A program made the position numbers and the translations under genes. The notes under the pieces are model-generated. The model had not been told where the DNA came from. It did not search any database and saw only the letters and a list, made by a program, of their open reading frames with translations. From an uncultured Chloroflexia bacterium (GTDB taxonomy: Bacteria; Chloroflexota; Chloroflexia; Thermomicrobiales; UBA6265), in contig CAVRUC010000005.1 of assembly GCA_963724295.1 (NCBI GenBank), forward strand, positions 96,001 to 160,000: a stretch of DNA of 64,000 bases, written 5' to 3'. This document shows positions 27,143-39,327 of the stretch, in pieces. Positions within the stretch are counted from its first letter, which is position 1. Every line of letters starts with the position of its first letter.

Positions 27143-28799
27143 CTGCCGCCGCCCTGTCTCGCCCGCGCTGCGACAACTCCCGCCGAGTCGTTTCCGCACC
27201 TGTCCGCAGCGTCAGTCCCATGAATTCAGGGCGGAACAGTCGCGCGTCCATCTGTCTCAGTTCCGGGCTGACGCGGAGGGGAACCTCCACCCGATCGAGC
27301 ACGTCTCGCTCGAGGTCGACACCCGGCGCAATTTCGGTCACGGTGAGACCCTCCGGGAGGAGGCGAATCACGCAGCGCTCCGTGATGAAGGTGACGTTCT
27401 GTCCGCGCTCTCGAGCCATGCGGCCACTGAAGGTCACATGCTCGACCTCAGGCACGAACTTCGCCACGGCACCGTCGTCCCGAATCGCGAGTTCGCCGTT
27501 CTCGACTGCGATATCCTGGCGCCCCGCGCAAAACGCCCCGCTGAACACCAGATTTTGCGCCGCGGCCGTGATGTCGATGAATCCGCCCGCGCCCGCCGAC
27601 ACGTGCGGTTTGCCGCGCAGCCGCGAAACGTTGACATTTCCCGCGGCATCCACTTGCAGGAATGACAGCAGGCAGCGATCGAATCCGCCCCCCTGGAAAT
27701 AGGTGAACTGGGCGGGCGAGGGCATGATCGCCTGCGCGTTGGCCGCGCATCCGAACTGAAATCCGAGCAGCGGCATGCCGCCGACGGGGCCCTGCTCGAT
27801 CACCCATGTGACACGGCCATCGAGCCCCTCCTCAAGCAGGATCCTCGGCACAAGGGCTGAGATGCCAAAGCCGAGGTTCACCACCTCACCGTCGATGAGC
27901 TCGAGGGCGGCGCGGCGGGCGATGACCTTGTCAAGGCCCCAATCCGGCAATTCAAACTGATCGACCGGCCGGCGCAGCTCGCCGCTAATGGCTGGGTCGT
28001 ATTCCGTTTGAGTCGTCTGCCACTGGTCCGCAACGACGACGATCCAGTCGACCAGAGTGCCTGGAATACGGACCTGCTGCGGCAGGAGCGACCCGGCCGT
28101 GGTCGTTCGTTCCACCTGGGCGATGACGACGCCGCCGTTGTTCCTCGCCGCTAATGCCTGGTCGAGAGCTCCCAGATACGCGCCCTCATGCTCCATCGAG
28201 ATGTTGCCGAGCTCGTCGCCCGTCGTGCCTCGCACGATGGCGACGTCGACCGGGATGGCGCGGTAGTGGAGCCACTCGTCACCATCGAACTCGACAAGCC
28301 GCACGATCTCTTCCTTAGTCGCTCGATTCATGCGACCACCCTGCCGGCGTGGATCGACGAACGTGTCGAGTCCGACTTTGGTCAGCACTCCCGGGCGACC
28401 CGCCGCCGCGTCCGCGTGCATGTGGAACAGCACGCCGCTCGGCAGGTTGTAGGCTTCGATCTGGTTCCCATCGATCAGCTGCCAGATTTTTGGTGAAGGC
28501 ATGGAGGAGGGTCCGCTGGGATAGCTGCCGGCGATGATTCGCTTGATCAGACCGGGTTCGGCAATGTGATCGACGCCGTCGATCCCGTACATGTCTCCGG
28601 CGGCGATCGGATGGATCATCGTCAATCGGCTCGGTTCTCCCATGCCCCGGAAGCGGTCGCCAATGGCTTTCAACACCGCGTCCGGGCACCCGAGCCCCGA
28701 CGAGGAACTGACGGAAACCGTCGCCCCATTGGGGATGAGCGCAGCCGCCTCCTGCAGCGAAATCCGCTTCGATCGACTCATCCCCCTGTCCAATGCCAT
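27129..28799 (-). CDS. Family I acyl-CoA:acetate/3-ketoacid CoA-transferase (YdiF/propionate CoA-transferase type)
   Basis: IEAYNLPSG, PGVLTKVGLDTFVDPR, VNLGFGI, catalytic EQGPVGG, GNVNVSR, GAGGFIDI and ITERCV motifs. Confidence 0.93.
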   Translation of the reverse strand: MALDRGMSRSKRISLQEAAALIPNGATVSVSSSSGLGCPDAVLKAIGDRFRGMGEPSRLTMIHPIAAGDMYGIDGVDHIAEPGLIKRIIAGSYPSGPSSMPSPKIWQLIDGNQIEAYNLPSGVLFHMHADAAAGRPGVLTKVGLDTFVDPRRQGGRMNRATKEEIVRLVEFDGDEWLHYRAIPVDVAIVRGTTGDELGNISMEHEGAYLGALDQALAARNNGGVVIAQVERTTTAGSLLPQQVRIPGTLVDWIVVVADQWQTTQTEYDPAISGELRRPVDQFELPDWGLDKVIARRAALELIDGEVVNLGFGISALVPRILLEEGLDGRVTWVIEQGPVGGMPLLGFQFGCAANAQAIMPSPAQFTYFQGGGFDRCLLSFLQVDAAGNVNVSRLRGKPHVSAGAGGFIDITAAAQNLVFSGAFCAGRQDIAVENGELAIRDDGAVAKFVPEVEHVTFSGRMARERGQNVTFITERCVIRLLPEGLTVTEIAPGVDLERDVLDRVEVPLRVSPELRQMDARLFRPEFMGLTLRTGAETTRRELSQRGRDRAAAVGRV

Positions 28800-28800
28800 A

Positions 28801-29889
<1,089 letters not shown>

Positions 29890-31107
29890 CTACTGGTAGA
29901 TGATCACGTCAGGAGCCGGGACGAGAGCCAGGATATCCTGCGGCGTCATCAACGGCACGTCCTGTCCGTAAAAGAGCTTGACCCCCGCGAATTCGACAGG
30001 CTCGTCGCGCACTAGGAAGTTATAGACCGCCGTCTTAAGCTCCGGCGCGCCGTAACCGTCGGCGTCGATCACAAGTTGCACCCCGGGAAGCGGAGCGAGT
30101 TGGTCCTTGCCGCGAATCATGTCCTCTCTGAACTGGTGGATGATCAGCATTTTGGGTGGTATCCCGTTCGCCGCCGAAATCTCGGCGAGTACCCTCTGCG
30201 CGTAGGAGATGCTCTCCGCATCGATCGAGCCGATGTACTCGCCCGGTATCTCTCCTTCGGCCACCGCAAATTCCGGATCGATGGCCAGATGGACGTTTGG
30301 CCGCGCCAGCAGCTCGCGCACCTTTTCGATCTCGGCGGCGACGGTGCCCCGTCCGACCTGGAGATCGAGGACGACCACCATTCCGTTCTCGGCGGCGAAA
30401 TCAATGTATTCAGTCAACGTCTTGGTGTCGGTGTCGAGGATGTAGGTTCCGTCTGACCCCGGCACCCGCTGCGCGACCGTCGCGATGATTTCCAGCGCCG
30501 GAATCACCGGTCGCGATGGGTCGGCGGCGGCGTAGTTCGCGGCCTCCTCGCGCAAAATGCTGGTAAGTTGCTCGATGTCGTGCTCGCCGACGATTCCCAT
30601 TCCCGGGTCGTGAGGATGCCCGTAGAACGTGACGATCCTGTAGTCAGGCAACAGCGGAGCATCGAGGGGAGCGCTCACCACCGGCGCGGCGAGGTCAGCC
30701 GACAGATCCGGAGCGCGGGCGAATTCTGGCGCCGGCTGGGCCGCAATGCCCTGGTCGCCGGTCTCCGGCGCCAACGCCGCCGCTGCGGTCGGCGCTGGCG
30801 CGCTGACAGGCGCAGCGACGTTTGTGGGGTCGCTCACAGCGGGAGCTGGAGCTGGCTGTGTCAGCGTCTGGGTGGGATCGGGCGCGGTGAACAGCGAGCG
30901 GTTTCCGCCGAGGAGCGCCGCGCTGGCCGCGGCAATCGAGACGATGACCAGAATCACGGTGCTCACCGTGCGCCCGGTGGGAATCCAGCCCGGCAGTCGG
31001 TACGCTGCCCGAGGTGGCTCGGCCGGTGGATCGGCGGCCAGCCATTCTGAAGAGAACGGCCGCGGGCCGTCCGGTCGTCCCGAGCGCACCGCCATGCGTC
31101 CGGGCAT
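29890..31107 (-). CDS. Membrane-anchored conserved hypothetical protein with putative glycoside-hydrolase-like barrel
   Basis: One TM segment, a Pro/Ala linker, then RIVTFYG.P...MG.VGE, PALEIIATVA, LDLQVGR, HLAIDPEF, K.LIIHQF, DADGYG, GVKLFY and MTP..IL.L.P.PD.IIYQ. Confidence 0.75.
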   Translation of the reverse strand: MPGRMAVRSGRPDGPRPFSSEWLAADPPAEPPRAAYRLPGWIPTGRTVSTVILVIVSIAAASAALLGGNRSLFTAPDPTQTLTQPAPAPAVSDPTNVAAPVSAPAPTAAAALAPETGDQGIAAQPAPEFARAPDLSADLAAPVVSAPLDAPLLPDYRIVTFYGHPHDPGMGIVGEHDIEQLTSILREEAANYAAADPSRPVIPALEIIATVAQRVPGSDGTYILDTDTKTLTEYIDFAAENGMVVVLDLQVGRGTVAAEIEKVRELLARPNVHLAIDPEFAVAEGEIPGEYIGSIDAESISYAQRVLAEISAANGIPPKMLIIHQFREDMIRGKDQLAPLPGVQLVIDADGYGAPELKTAVYNFLVRDEPVEFAGVKLFYGQDVPLMTPQDILALVPAPDVIIYQ

Positions 31108-31390
31108 CAGACCCGCCCCGGGCGTGTCTGGGATGCGGACGAAGCCGAAACGAAAGTGAGGCCTTCTGTATTTGCGGGGCTGTCGAGCATTCGGGTCTAG
31201 CCCTTCCCAGGCGGTGATGCTCGCGCGGATCGTACAGCGAACCCGAACCCGCTTGCCAACTGGGCAATGCCGGGATGCCATCGTGGTGTTTTCACTCGCA
31301 AGATGCCAGATCGTGAACCGCGCGGCAAGTCGATTCGATGAACAATGAGAGATCGGCACTAACTCGCGTCGTAACCCGGGTGTGAAATTG

Positions 31391-32791
31391 ATGAGTCGGG
31401 CTTGGGACTACAAGCGAGCGATCGCGGAGCTCTGGCGGCGCTCGAGCTACGAACGCGGCCTCATCAGTGATCCGTTCGGAGACTCCGCGCGGGCCGAACG
31501 AGGTCTGGAGCGGATGCGAAAGCTGCTGGCGGCACTGGGAAATCCCCAAGTGAACCTCCCCGCCGTCCACATCGCCGGCTCCAAGGGCAAGGGTTCGACG
31601 GGTGCGTTCATCGCTTCGGCGGCGACAGCGGCCGGTCACCGCGTCGGGTTCTACACGTCGCCGCATCTGCACCGATTTCCAGAACGGCTGACCGTCGACG
31701 GTCAACCGCTGCCCGACGATGCGTTCGCCGTTGAGGCGCAGGCAGTGGCCGCCGCGGCGACGCGTCTGGAGGCATCCCAGCCGGACCTGGGGCAGGTGTC
31801 GACCTTTGAGATGCTCACCGCAATGGCGCTCGCCGCGTTCACGCGGCGCGGTTGCCAGCTTGCGGTCATCGAGGTCGGTCTCGGCGGCCGCTACGATTCG
31901 ACCAACGTGATCGATCCAATCGTCTCCGTCATCACCCGCATCGACCTCGAGCACACCGCGGTGCTCGGACCAACATACGCTGACATTGCCTGGCAAAAGG
32001 CGGGGATCCTGCGGCGCGGCGTCCCTTCGGTGTCGAGTCCGCAAGTACCGCCCGCGGCAAAGATAATTCTCGAAGCCGCCGCCGAGGTGGGCTCACCGCT
32101 CCAGATCGCGGGCCGGGACTGGTCCTGGGACGGGACCTGGCGCTCATTCGAGGCGAAGGGGCCGTGGGGCTCGTTCGCCCATCTCGCGCTCGGCATCCGT
32201 GGCCCACATCAGGTCGAGAACGCATGCACCGCGCTTGCGGCGCTGCACATCGTCGACGCGGCAGGCATTCCCGTGTCAGAGGATTCGATCCGCACCGGGC
32301 TGGCATCCGCGCGCTGGCCCGGGCGCTTCGAGCAGATCACATTCGCGAACCGAGTTGTCATCTTCGACGGGGCGCACACGCCTGCCGCCGCCGAGGCCCT
32401 GGTCGAAGCCTGGCGTGACTCACAGGGCATTGACCGCGCGACGGTCGTCCTGGGCATGGGCGCCGATAAAGATGCGTGCGCCTTCCTTATCGCGCTGCAG
32501 CCACTTATCGACCACCTCATCGTCACCCGGGCTGACTCACCTCGCGCCGCCGATGCAGACCTCATCGCACGCGCCGCCGCGGCGCTCGGCATTCCACATG
32601 AGATGCAGCCGTCAGTCTCCGCGGCGGTTGACGCCGCCAAGGCGAGAGACCATGGACCAATTCTCATTACCGGGTCCCTCTTCGTCGTTGGCGAAGGGCG
32701 GGAAGCCTTCGGACTCGCCGAACCTGATGTCGAATGGCTCGCTCTGAACCGGGCCGCCGCAACCCCAGCCAACACCGACAGCCGGCCATAG
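31391..32791 (+). CDS. folC: Bifunctional folylpolyglutamate synthase/dihydrofolate synthase
   Basis: VHIAGSKGKGST, YTSPHL, FE.LTA, EVGLGGRYDSTNV, WPGRFE, DGAH and ITGSLFVVG motifs. Confidence 0.95.
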   Translation: MSRAWDYKRAIAELWRRSSYERGLISDPFGDSARAERGLERMRKLLAALGNPQVNLPAVHIAGSKGKGSTGAFIASAATAAGHRVGFYTSPHLHRFPERLTVDGQPLPDDAFAVEAQAVAAAATRLEASQPDLGQVSTFEMLTAMALAAFTRRGCQLAVIEVGLGGRYDSTNVIDPIVSVITRIDLEHTAVLGPTYADIAWQKAGILRRGVPSVSSPQVPPAAKIILEAAAEVGSPLQIAGRDWSWDGTWRSFEAKGPWGSFAHLALGIRGPHQVENACTALAALHIVDAAGIPVSEDSIRTGLASARWPGRFEQITFANRVVIFDGAHTPAAAEALVEAWRDSQGIDRATVVLGMGADKDACAFLIALQPLIDHLIVTRADSPRAADADLIARAAAALGIPHEMQPSVSAAVDAAKARDHGPILITGSLFVVGEGREAFGLAEPDVEWLALNRAAATPANTDSRP

Positions 32792-32925
32792 AAATCGACC
32801 GCACCGCAAAGGATTTGGCGGCAATACAGTAGACTGCTGCTCAGCGTCTCCCCGACCCGCAACTGACGCAGGCATTGAGGCGCCCCGCGCTGGCGAGCCG
32901 GGCAGCGTCTCGCCGCGCGTCAGAG

Positions 32926-32952
32926 AAATCCAATCTTGCCGGTTCGACCGTA
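32926..32952 (+). promoter_or_regulatory. Putative ECF-sigma autoregulatory promoter
   Basis: AAATCC-16 nt-CCGTA about 30 nt upstream of the sigma start; resembles the ATCC/CG(T/A)A promoters of SigK-type ECFs. Confidence 0.4.
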
Positions 32953-32982
32953 TACACCGTCGAGACCGGCGTGGAGGCTACA

Positions 32983-33606
32983 GTGGCCATGCCGGCCAGC
33001 GACGAGGTTGGTGTTCCGCCCAACCTCATCGAAGCTAGCGACGCCGACCTGATCGGTCGCGCCGCGCAGGGCGACGCCCGCGCGCTGGAGGTCCTGTACG
33101 AGCGATATTCGGGCGTGGTGTTCTCCTTCGCATTGAGGATTGTCGCCGAGCGACCCCTGGCGGAGGAGATCCTGCAAGAGGCGTTCTTTCGCGCCTGGCA
33201 GCAGGGAGGTAATTTCAGCGCCAGCCGGGGCACATTCATCACCTGGCTGCTGAGCATCACGCACAACCTGTCGATCGACGAGATCCGACGGCGGCGGCGG
33301 CGGCCGCAGAAGGCGGACAGCGAAGAGCCGGAACAGGTCCTCGCCGCGGTACCCGATACCGGGTCAGGCGCGGACGTCGAGGACGAGGTCTGGCTTGGAG
33401 CGTTGCGCGAGACGATTGGCGAAGCGTTGGCAGAATTGCCGCCAGCGCAACGAGAAGCGATTGAGATGGCGTACTTCCGGGGACTGACGCAGCGCGAGAT
33501 CGCCGAGGCGCTGGGTGAGCCGCTGGGAACAATCAAGACGAGGATGCGCCTCGGGCTTCAGAAGCTCAAGGACGCCCTCGGGAGTGACGGAGCAGAGTTG
33601 GCGTGA
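32983..33606 (+). CDS. ECF RNA polymerase sigma factor (SigK-like)
   Basis: AEEILQEAF..AW, WLL.I.HN..ID..RR and LP..QREAIEMAYF.GLTQREIA..LGEPLGTIKTRMRLGL motifs; GGAGG SD. Confidence 0.93.
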   Translation: MAMPASDEVGVPPNLIEASDADLIGRAAQGDARALEVLYERYSGVVFSFALRIVAERPLAEEILQEAFFRAWQQGGNFSASRGTFITWLLSITHNLSIDEIRRRRRRPQKADSEEPEQVLAAVPDTGSGADVEDEVWLGALRETIGEALAELPPAQREAIEMAYFRGLTQREIAEALGEPLGTIKTRMRLGLQKLKDALGSDGAELA

Positions 33607-34583
33607 GCGACGAGCGCGATCTGCAACGTAAGATTCGGCGGACCTACCGGCTGGCCGGAACAGGCAGCCGATCGTTCACGTCGGCCACCGATGATATCGG
33701 GCATGTCGACGACCTGGTCGCCGGTTACGTCCTTGGCGCTCTCGAAGCCGACGAGGCCGCGGCCGTGGACGCGCATGTGCGGACCTGCCCTGCCTGTGAG
33801 CGTTCGCTTGCTGAATCGCAGCGCACCGCGAGCATGCTTCCCTTCATCGTACCGATGCATCAGCCCCCCATCGACAGCAAGGTCGCGCTCTTCGCCCGCG
33901 TGGCCCACACCCGGCGAGCGGCAGCGGAGTCGTCTCTTCCGTTGCATGGCGCCGAAGCCTGGCGCACACCGACCATCCCCAGTTCTGCGGGCGTCGCACT
34001 GGCGCACGCGGGGCACGACAGCTTGTCTTCGACGGCAACAACGGTGCCCACCTCGCGGGGATCGCGCAGCGGCTGGCTCGTTTCGGTCTTGTCCGTTCCG
34101 CTATTGATCGCCCTGGTGGCCACGGGATTCTGGGGGCTTCAACTCCAGAATCGGCTGTCGAGCCAGAGCTCGCAGCTCGCCGAGCTCCAGTCCGAACTGG
34201 CCAATTTTGGCTCAGGGACGACGTCGTACCCGCTTTCGCCCGGATACGAAGCACCGCAGGCGGAGGGCGAGCTCGTCATCGGTTCCGATGGCCGGGCCGG
34301 GATGCTTCAGATCGACGTGAATAGCAAAGACGCGGCGGGCGAATACGAGCTACTGGTCAACCAGGACGGAAAGCTGGTTCCGGCCGCTGAATTCACTGTC
34401 GGCCGGGATGGCAAGGGGCAGGCTCGCTTCGAGCTGGATCAGCCATTTGGCGACTATGAGAGCGTTCACATCCGGGCCAAGGCCCTCGATCCGGACCAGG
34501 CCGGGACGCAAACCGACACTCTGGTTCGTGACAGCAGCGGGGCGCTCGGCTCCACCGGATCCGGACTCGAGCTCAATCCGTAG
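33603..34583 (+). CDS. Zinc-finger (ZAS) transmembrane anti-sigma factor (RskA-like)
   Basis: YVLGALE, HVRTCPAC (HxxxCxxC), a single TM helix and an extracytoplasmic domain; GTGA overlap with the sigma gene. Confidence 0.88.
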   Translation: MSDERDLQRKIRRTYRLAGTGSRSFTSATDDIGHVDDLVAGYVLGALEADEAAAVDAHVRTCPACERSLAESQRTASMLPFIVPMHQPPIDSKVALFARVAHTRRAAAESSLPLHGAEAWRTPTIPSSAGVALAHAGHDSLSSTATTVPTSRGSRSGWLVSVLSVPLLIALVATGFWGLQLQNRLSSQSSQLAELQSELANFGSGTTSYPLSPGYEAPQAEGELVIGSDGRAGMLQIDVNSKDAAGEYELLVNQDGKLVPAAEFTVGRDGKGQARFELDQPFGDYESVHIRAKALDPDQAGTQTDTLVRDSSGALGSTGSGLELNP

Positions 34584-34679
34584 AAGTCATTCACCCAATA
34601 CAGATCTTCCGGCGGGCGATCGAACGATCGCTCGCTTCCGTGTTTCCCGATGCGATCGTGGAACCGCGCGTTTCACCCT

Positions 34680-34708
34680 TTGCCTACCGGCACCCGACAG
34701 GGTATGAT
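34680..34708 (+). promoter_or_regulatory. Putative sigma70 promoter of lon
   Basis: TTGCCT-17 nt-TATGAT about 110 nt upstream of the ATG. Confidence 0.55.
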
Positions 34709-34815
34709 CATGACCCCGCTACCATGAGTGGGCGAGAGTGCCCCGTGGGCTTGGCTCGCCGGACCGACGCGATTCGTCCCGCGGAGGGGCTATTCCGCAT
34801 GCAAAGCACATTGGC

Positions 34816-37287
34816 ATGAGCACGGTGGATCCTCGGGAGGAGTTCCAGGACCGGCATCCGCTCCTGCCGCTGAAAAACGTCGTCGTCTTCCCGCGCAATG
34901 TCGTTACCCTGCTCGTTGGACGACCCCGCTCGGTACGCGCGGTCGATCACGCTCTGGCCTCCGACCGGCGACTGATCGTGACCGCTCACCGTGATCCCGA
35001 TGCTGACGATCCCCGACCCGAGGATCTCCATCACATCGGCACGCTCGTGGCGATCGTCTCGTCCGAACGCCAATCGGCCGGAAACGTGCAGGTCGTCCTG
35101 GAGGGCATAAGCCGCGTCCAGATCAGCGATTTTGCGAACCAGCCCGGGTTTTTCACCGTCGTCGCCGAGCCGTTCGACGAACCCGAGGCGCCTGCGCCAG
35201 AGGCACGGGCCCTCATTGCGCACGTCCAGAACCTGGCCCATCGCTTCGCCGAGGCGCGCGGCGCACTTCCCGTCGAAGTCCAGGACATGGTCCACCGCGC
35301 GTCCGACCCCAGCCATCTTGCCGATCTCTTGGCGACCCAGCTCCTGACCGACGTCTCCCGCCGCCAGGCTCTGCTCGAGATCGCGGATCCTTTACGCCGC
35401 TTGGAGCATGTCGCCGTTCACCTCTCCGCCGAGATCGAAGTCGCCGCGCTCGAGCGGCGCATCAAAGACCGTGTGCGAGACCAGATCGACCGTAACCAGC
35501 GCGAGTACTACCTCCGCGAGCAGCTCAAGGCGATCCACGACGAGCTCGGCGGCGAGAACGGCAGCGAGTTCGACCAGCTCCGAGCCAGGATTGCCGAGCG
35601 CGGCATGCCCGTTGAAGTCGAAGACCGGGTGCTCAAGGAGGTCAATCGTCTGGAGCGGATGCCCGGCGTCTCTGCCGAAGCGACAGTCGTCAGAACGTAT
35701 CTCGACACCATCCTGGCGCTCCCGTGGCGGGAATCGAGCGAAGATCAACTGGATCTCGTCGAAGCTGAGCGCATCCTGGATGCCGACCACTTTGGCCTGG
35801 AAACAGTCAAGGAACGGATTCTCGATTTTCTCGCCGTGCGCAAGCTTACGATCGATGCCACGGCGCGCGGCGCAACGCAGATCCTCTGTCTGGTGGGTCC
35901 CCCGGGTGTCGGCAAGACGAGTCTTGGCCGCTCCATCGCCACCGCGATGGGCCGCGAGTTCGTGCGCGTCAGCCTGGGCGGCGTGCGCGATGAGGCGGAG
36001 ATCCGGGGGCACCGTCGCACCTACATCGGCGCCATGCCTGGCCGGATCATCTCTGCCATGAAGCAGGCCGGAACCGTGAACCCGGTGGTGCTCCTCGACG
36101 AGATCGACAAGCTCTCGTCGGACTACCGCGGTGATCCCGCGTCTGCCATGCTCGAGGTTCTTGACCCGGAGCAAAACCGGACCTTCAGCGATCATTTTCT
36201 TGACCTGCCCTACGACCTCTCGCACGTTCTCTTTCTGACTACCGCGAACAACATGGCGCCGGTGCCGCGCCCGCTACGCGACCGGATGGAAGTCATTGAG
36301 ATCCCGGGCTACAGCGAAGAGGAAAAGGTCGAGATCGGTCGCAAGCATCTGCTGACGAAGCAGCTTGCGGCTCATGGGCTGAATGCCAAGTCGATCTCGA
36401 TCCCGTCCCGCACCTGGGTGCGGCTCGTTCGCGACTACACCCGTGAGGCCGGCGTCCGGCAGCTCGAGCGCGAGATCGCGGCAATATGCCGGAGAGTGGC
36501 GCGCGACGTAGTTCGCGGCAAGAGCGAACGCGTGAGACTCACCGACGCCCGCCTCACCGATTACCTCGGTCCGACGCGGTTTGGTCAGGATCTCCATCTC
36601 GGGGAAGATCAGATTGGGCTGGCGATTGGGCTGGGGGTCACCGAGGTCGGCGGAGAGCTGCTTCCGGTCGAAGTGGCCACCATGCCCGGCAAAGGTCACC
36701 TCACGATCACCGGCAAGGCCGGAGACGTGATGCAGGAGTCTGCCCACGCCGCGGTCTCGTATGCTCGCTCTCGAGCCGAGCAGCTACAGATCGATCCCGA
36801 GTTTCAGTCGTCGCTCGACCTGCATATCCACCTGCCGGAAGGAGCGACCCCAAAGGACGGTCCTTCCGCCGGCATCACCATGGCGACGGCCCTGATCTCG
36901 GCATTGGTGCGACGCCCGGTGCGCGGTGATACAGCCATGACGGGCGAGATCACCTTGCGCGGCCGTGTGCTCGCCATCGGCGGGTTCCGCGAGAAAGCGC
37001 TCGCCGCGCACCGGCACGGTATCCGCCGCCTGATTGCGCCTCAGGAGAACATGCGCGATCTGGCGAAGCTACCCGCGGCCGTGAACCGCGAGATGGAGAT
37101 CATCTTCGCGGCAAGCATGGATCAAGTGATCGCCGCGGCGATCTGTCTCGATGACGTTCAGGTCGGTGGCCTGCTGGAAGGCATCGAACCCGCCACCTCG
37201 ATTCCGATTCCAGATGCCGTGGCCGCGGTGACCGCAGATTCGGTCACGATCAACGTGAACGACGAAGGCACCGTCAGCGGCCCCTGA
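34816..37287 (+). CDS. lon: ATP-dependent protease La (Lon)
   Basis: [13 protein letters not shown]-domain, [50 protein letters not shown] (Ser) and IGG.REK (Lys). Confidence 0.98.
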   Translation: MSTVDPREEFQDRHPLLPLKNVVVFPRNVVTLLVGRPRSVRAVDHALASDRRLIVTAHRDPDADDPRPEDLHHIGTLVAIVSSERQSAGNVQVVLEGISRVQISDFANQPGFFTVVAEPFDEPEAPAPEARALIAHVQNLAHRFAEARGALPVEVQDMVHRASDPSHLADLLATQLLTDVSRRQALLEIADPLRRLEHVAVHLSAEIEVAALERRIKDRVRDQIDRNQREYYLREQLKAIHDELGGENGSEFDQLRARIAERGMPVEVEDRVLKEVNRLERMPGVSAEATVVRTYLDTILALPWRESSEDQLDLVEAERILDADHFGLETVKERILDFLAVRKLTIDATARGATQILCLVGPPGVGKTSLGRSIATAMGREFVRVSLGGVRDEAEIRGHRRTYIGAMPGRIISAMKQAGTVNPVVLLDEIDKLSSDYRGDPASAMLEVLDPEQNRTFSDHFLDLPYDLSHVLFLTTANNMAPVPRPLRDRMEVIEIPGYSEEEKVEIGRKHLLTKQLAAHGLNAKSISIPSRTWVRLVRDYTREAGVRQLEREIAAICRRVARDVVRGKSERVRLTDARLTDYLGPTRFGQDLHLGEDQIGLAIGLGVTEVGGELLPVEVATMPGKGHLTITGKAGDVMQESAHAAVSYARSRAEQLQIDPEFQSSLDLHIHLPEGATPKDGPSAGITMATALISALVRRPVRGDTAMTGEITLRGRVLAIGGFREKALAAHRHGIRRLIAPQENMRDLAKLPAAVNREMEIIFAASMDQVIAAAICLDDVQVGGLLEGIEPATSIPIPDAVAAVTADSVTINVNDEGTVSGP

Positions 37288-37354
37288 AGCCCTCCGCGAT
37301 GCTCGGAGCATGGATCAGAAGTCGCGCCAAGCTGAATAACGAGTCAGCGCAAGC

Positions 37355-37439
37355 GTGTTCCGAGGCACGTGGAATCTCGTCGTGGGTCACGGTTATGCGC
37401 GTACGACGAGATTCTTCGCCTGCACGCTCGGTATGACAC
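37355..37439. repeat. REP-like palindromic element (family A, copy 2) between convergent lon and recJ
   Basis: 12 bp perfect stem GAATCTCGTCGT/ACGACGAGATTC inside GTGTTCCGAG...CTCGGTATGACAC ends. Confidence 0.65.
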
Positions 37440-37566
37440 CGTAACGGTCTAGCTGCTGCCCTCAGGACCGAAATGGAACGCGTCTGTTACGCCTCGGTCG
37501 CCAGGCGCAGACGGGAATGCGCACGGCCGCTGGCACCTCAGCATGTCACGTGGTTCGCACGACGAT

Positions 37567-39327
37567 CTAGCCGGTGCCGCACCGGAAATCGGAGAGGCGC
37601 ATCTGCACCCGCGATGCCCCGTTCCAGAAATTCGTCTCCAGGACCCCGACCAGATCGATGTGCCGCGCTCCGATGAGCTCCTGCGATCGACTGGCGCCGC
37701 TCCAGAGGATCGCCTCCACCGGACCGGCCTGACCCGCCGTCAGAATCTTCAAGTGCTGCTTCTCGCGTCCCATCGCCGTGTAACCCCGGATCGGTACCTG
37801 GAGAACGCGCAGCATTGGCACCGGATTTCCTTCGCCAAAGGGACCGAGGCTCTGAATGAGGCGGGCCACATCGAGCTTGAGCCGCGCCGGCTCCAGGTCC
37901 GCATCGATCGTGATGCGCGGTGGCCCGGGTGGACTCGCGGCGGATTCGGCGATCGCGCTTTGCAACGCGTCGTCGAGCTCTGCGACCTTCCTCGCCTCGA
38001 GAGCAAGCCCGGCGGCGCGTTCGTGCCCGCCGTGCCGGATCAGCAAGGGACTGGCAGCCGACAGCGCGCTCGTGATGTCGAAGCCCGGCACCGATCGGGC
38101 GGATCCGTGCGCAACCCCGTCGTGGACGGTCAATACGATAACTGGCCGGTCATGGCGCTCGGCCAGCTTGCTTGCCGCGAGTCCGACGATCCCCGGCTCC
38201 CATCCCGATCCGGAAAAAACGAGCACACGACGATCGAGCTTGCTCGGATTGGCCTCCAGCTCGCTTTCGATTTCGCGCACGACGCGATCCTGGAGCAGTT
38301 TGCGGCGCTGATTCGCCTGCTCCGCCTGCTCGGCGAGCACGTTCGGCTTGCCTCGGGTCACGAGTGACGAGCAGCTCGTAGGCCGGTCTCGGATCGTCGA
38401 GGCGCCCCGGCGCATTCAGGCGCGGCGACACCTGGAAGGCGATCTCAGTGCTCGACAAAGTCCTAGCGTCGATGCCGGCAGAATCGCAGAGAGCGCGCAC
38501 ACCAGGACGTGGATCCTGGCGAAGGCGGCGCAATCCGTCACGGACGAGGGCGCGATTGACGCCGTTCAGGGCCGAGACATCCCCGATGAGACCGATCATG
38601 GCCAGGTCGAGGAGACTCGTCGGCTCCTCGCCCACCCCGTCTCCCGAGTCGAATCCGTCACGGGCAAGCGCTGTCGCCAGCAGATAGGCCACTCCGGCAG
38701 CGGAGACGTTCCTGTACGGCGCATCCTCACGCAGCTGAGCGGAGGCGACGATGGCATGCGCTGGTGGAGGGTCAGTGATCCGGTGGTGATCGAGCACGAC
38801 AACGTCCATGCCCAGCTGCCGCGCGCGGTCCACGGCCTCATGGTCCTTGCTGCCGCAGTCGACGGCGACCACCAGGCGCGCGCCAGCGGCCGCGAGGTCC
38901 TCGATCCCCAGCGTGCTTAACCCATACCCCTCCTGTCGCCGCGGCAAGCGAACCGCAACCGGCTGCGCGCCACCGCTGGCGGCGCGCAGGGCGTGCGTCA
39001 GCAGCGCCGACGATGTGACGCCATCAGTGTCGTAGTCCCCAAAAACGCCGATCGGCTCCCCCGGCGCAGCGCCGCCGCAATGCGTTCCGCGGCCTCGGTC
39101 ATCCCCGGCAACAGATGCGGGTCGGGCGCGGTCCTTTCATCGGCATTGAGGAAGTCCACGGCCTCGGCGGCATCGGCCAATCGCCGCGCCAGGATGGCAT
39201 GGATAAGTGGATCGCTGTGGAACTCTGGCAGGCCATCACGCAGCGGGGCCGGCTCGATCCAGATACTGGACGAGGCGGGCCCACGGCCCATCGAGCGTTG
39301 CGGTGATACTTCGCGTACGTACGTCAT
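37567..39327 (-). CDS. recJ: Single-stranded-DNA-specific exonuclease RecJ (about three apparent frameshifts near 39058, 38940 and 38345)
   Basis: DP.LLPGM..AAERI, GDYDTDG, GYGL, VDCG, LDHH, IGDVSAL.GVNR, PRLNAPGRL, GSARS, GGH..AAG and PFGEGNP spread over successive frames. Confidence 0.92.

Noticed and set aside
31180..31230. ZTP (pfl) riboswitch near folC, suggested by CGCCTGGG on the minus strand
   Set aside because: Lacks the upstream GACTGGCG stem motif and points away from folC.
34710..34815. CIRCE or HAIR heat-shock operator upstream of lon
   Set aside because: Only a half-site-like GAGTGCC; no complete inverted repeat.
38340..39065. Programmed frameshifting or true pseudogenisation of recJ
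   Set aside because: No slippery heptamer with downstream structure was seen, and the same indel pattern affects many unrelated genes, which favours sequencing error.
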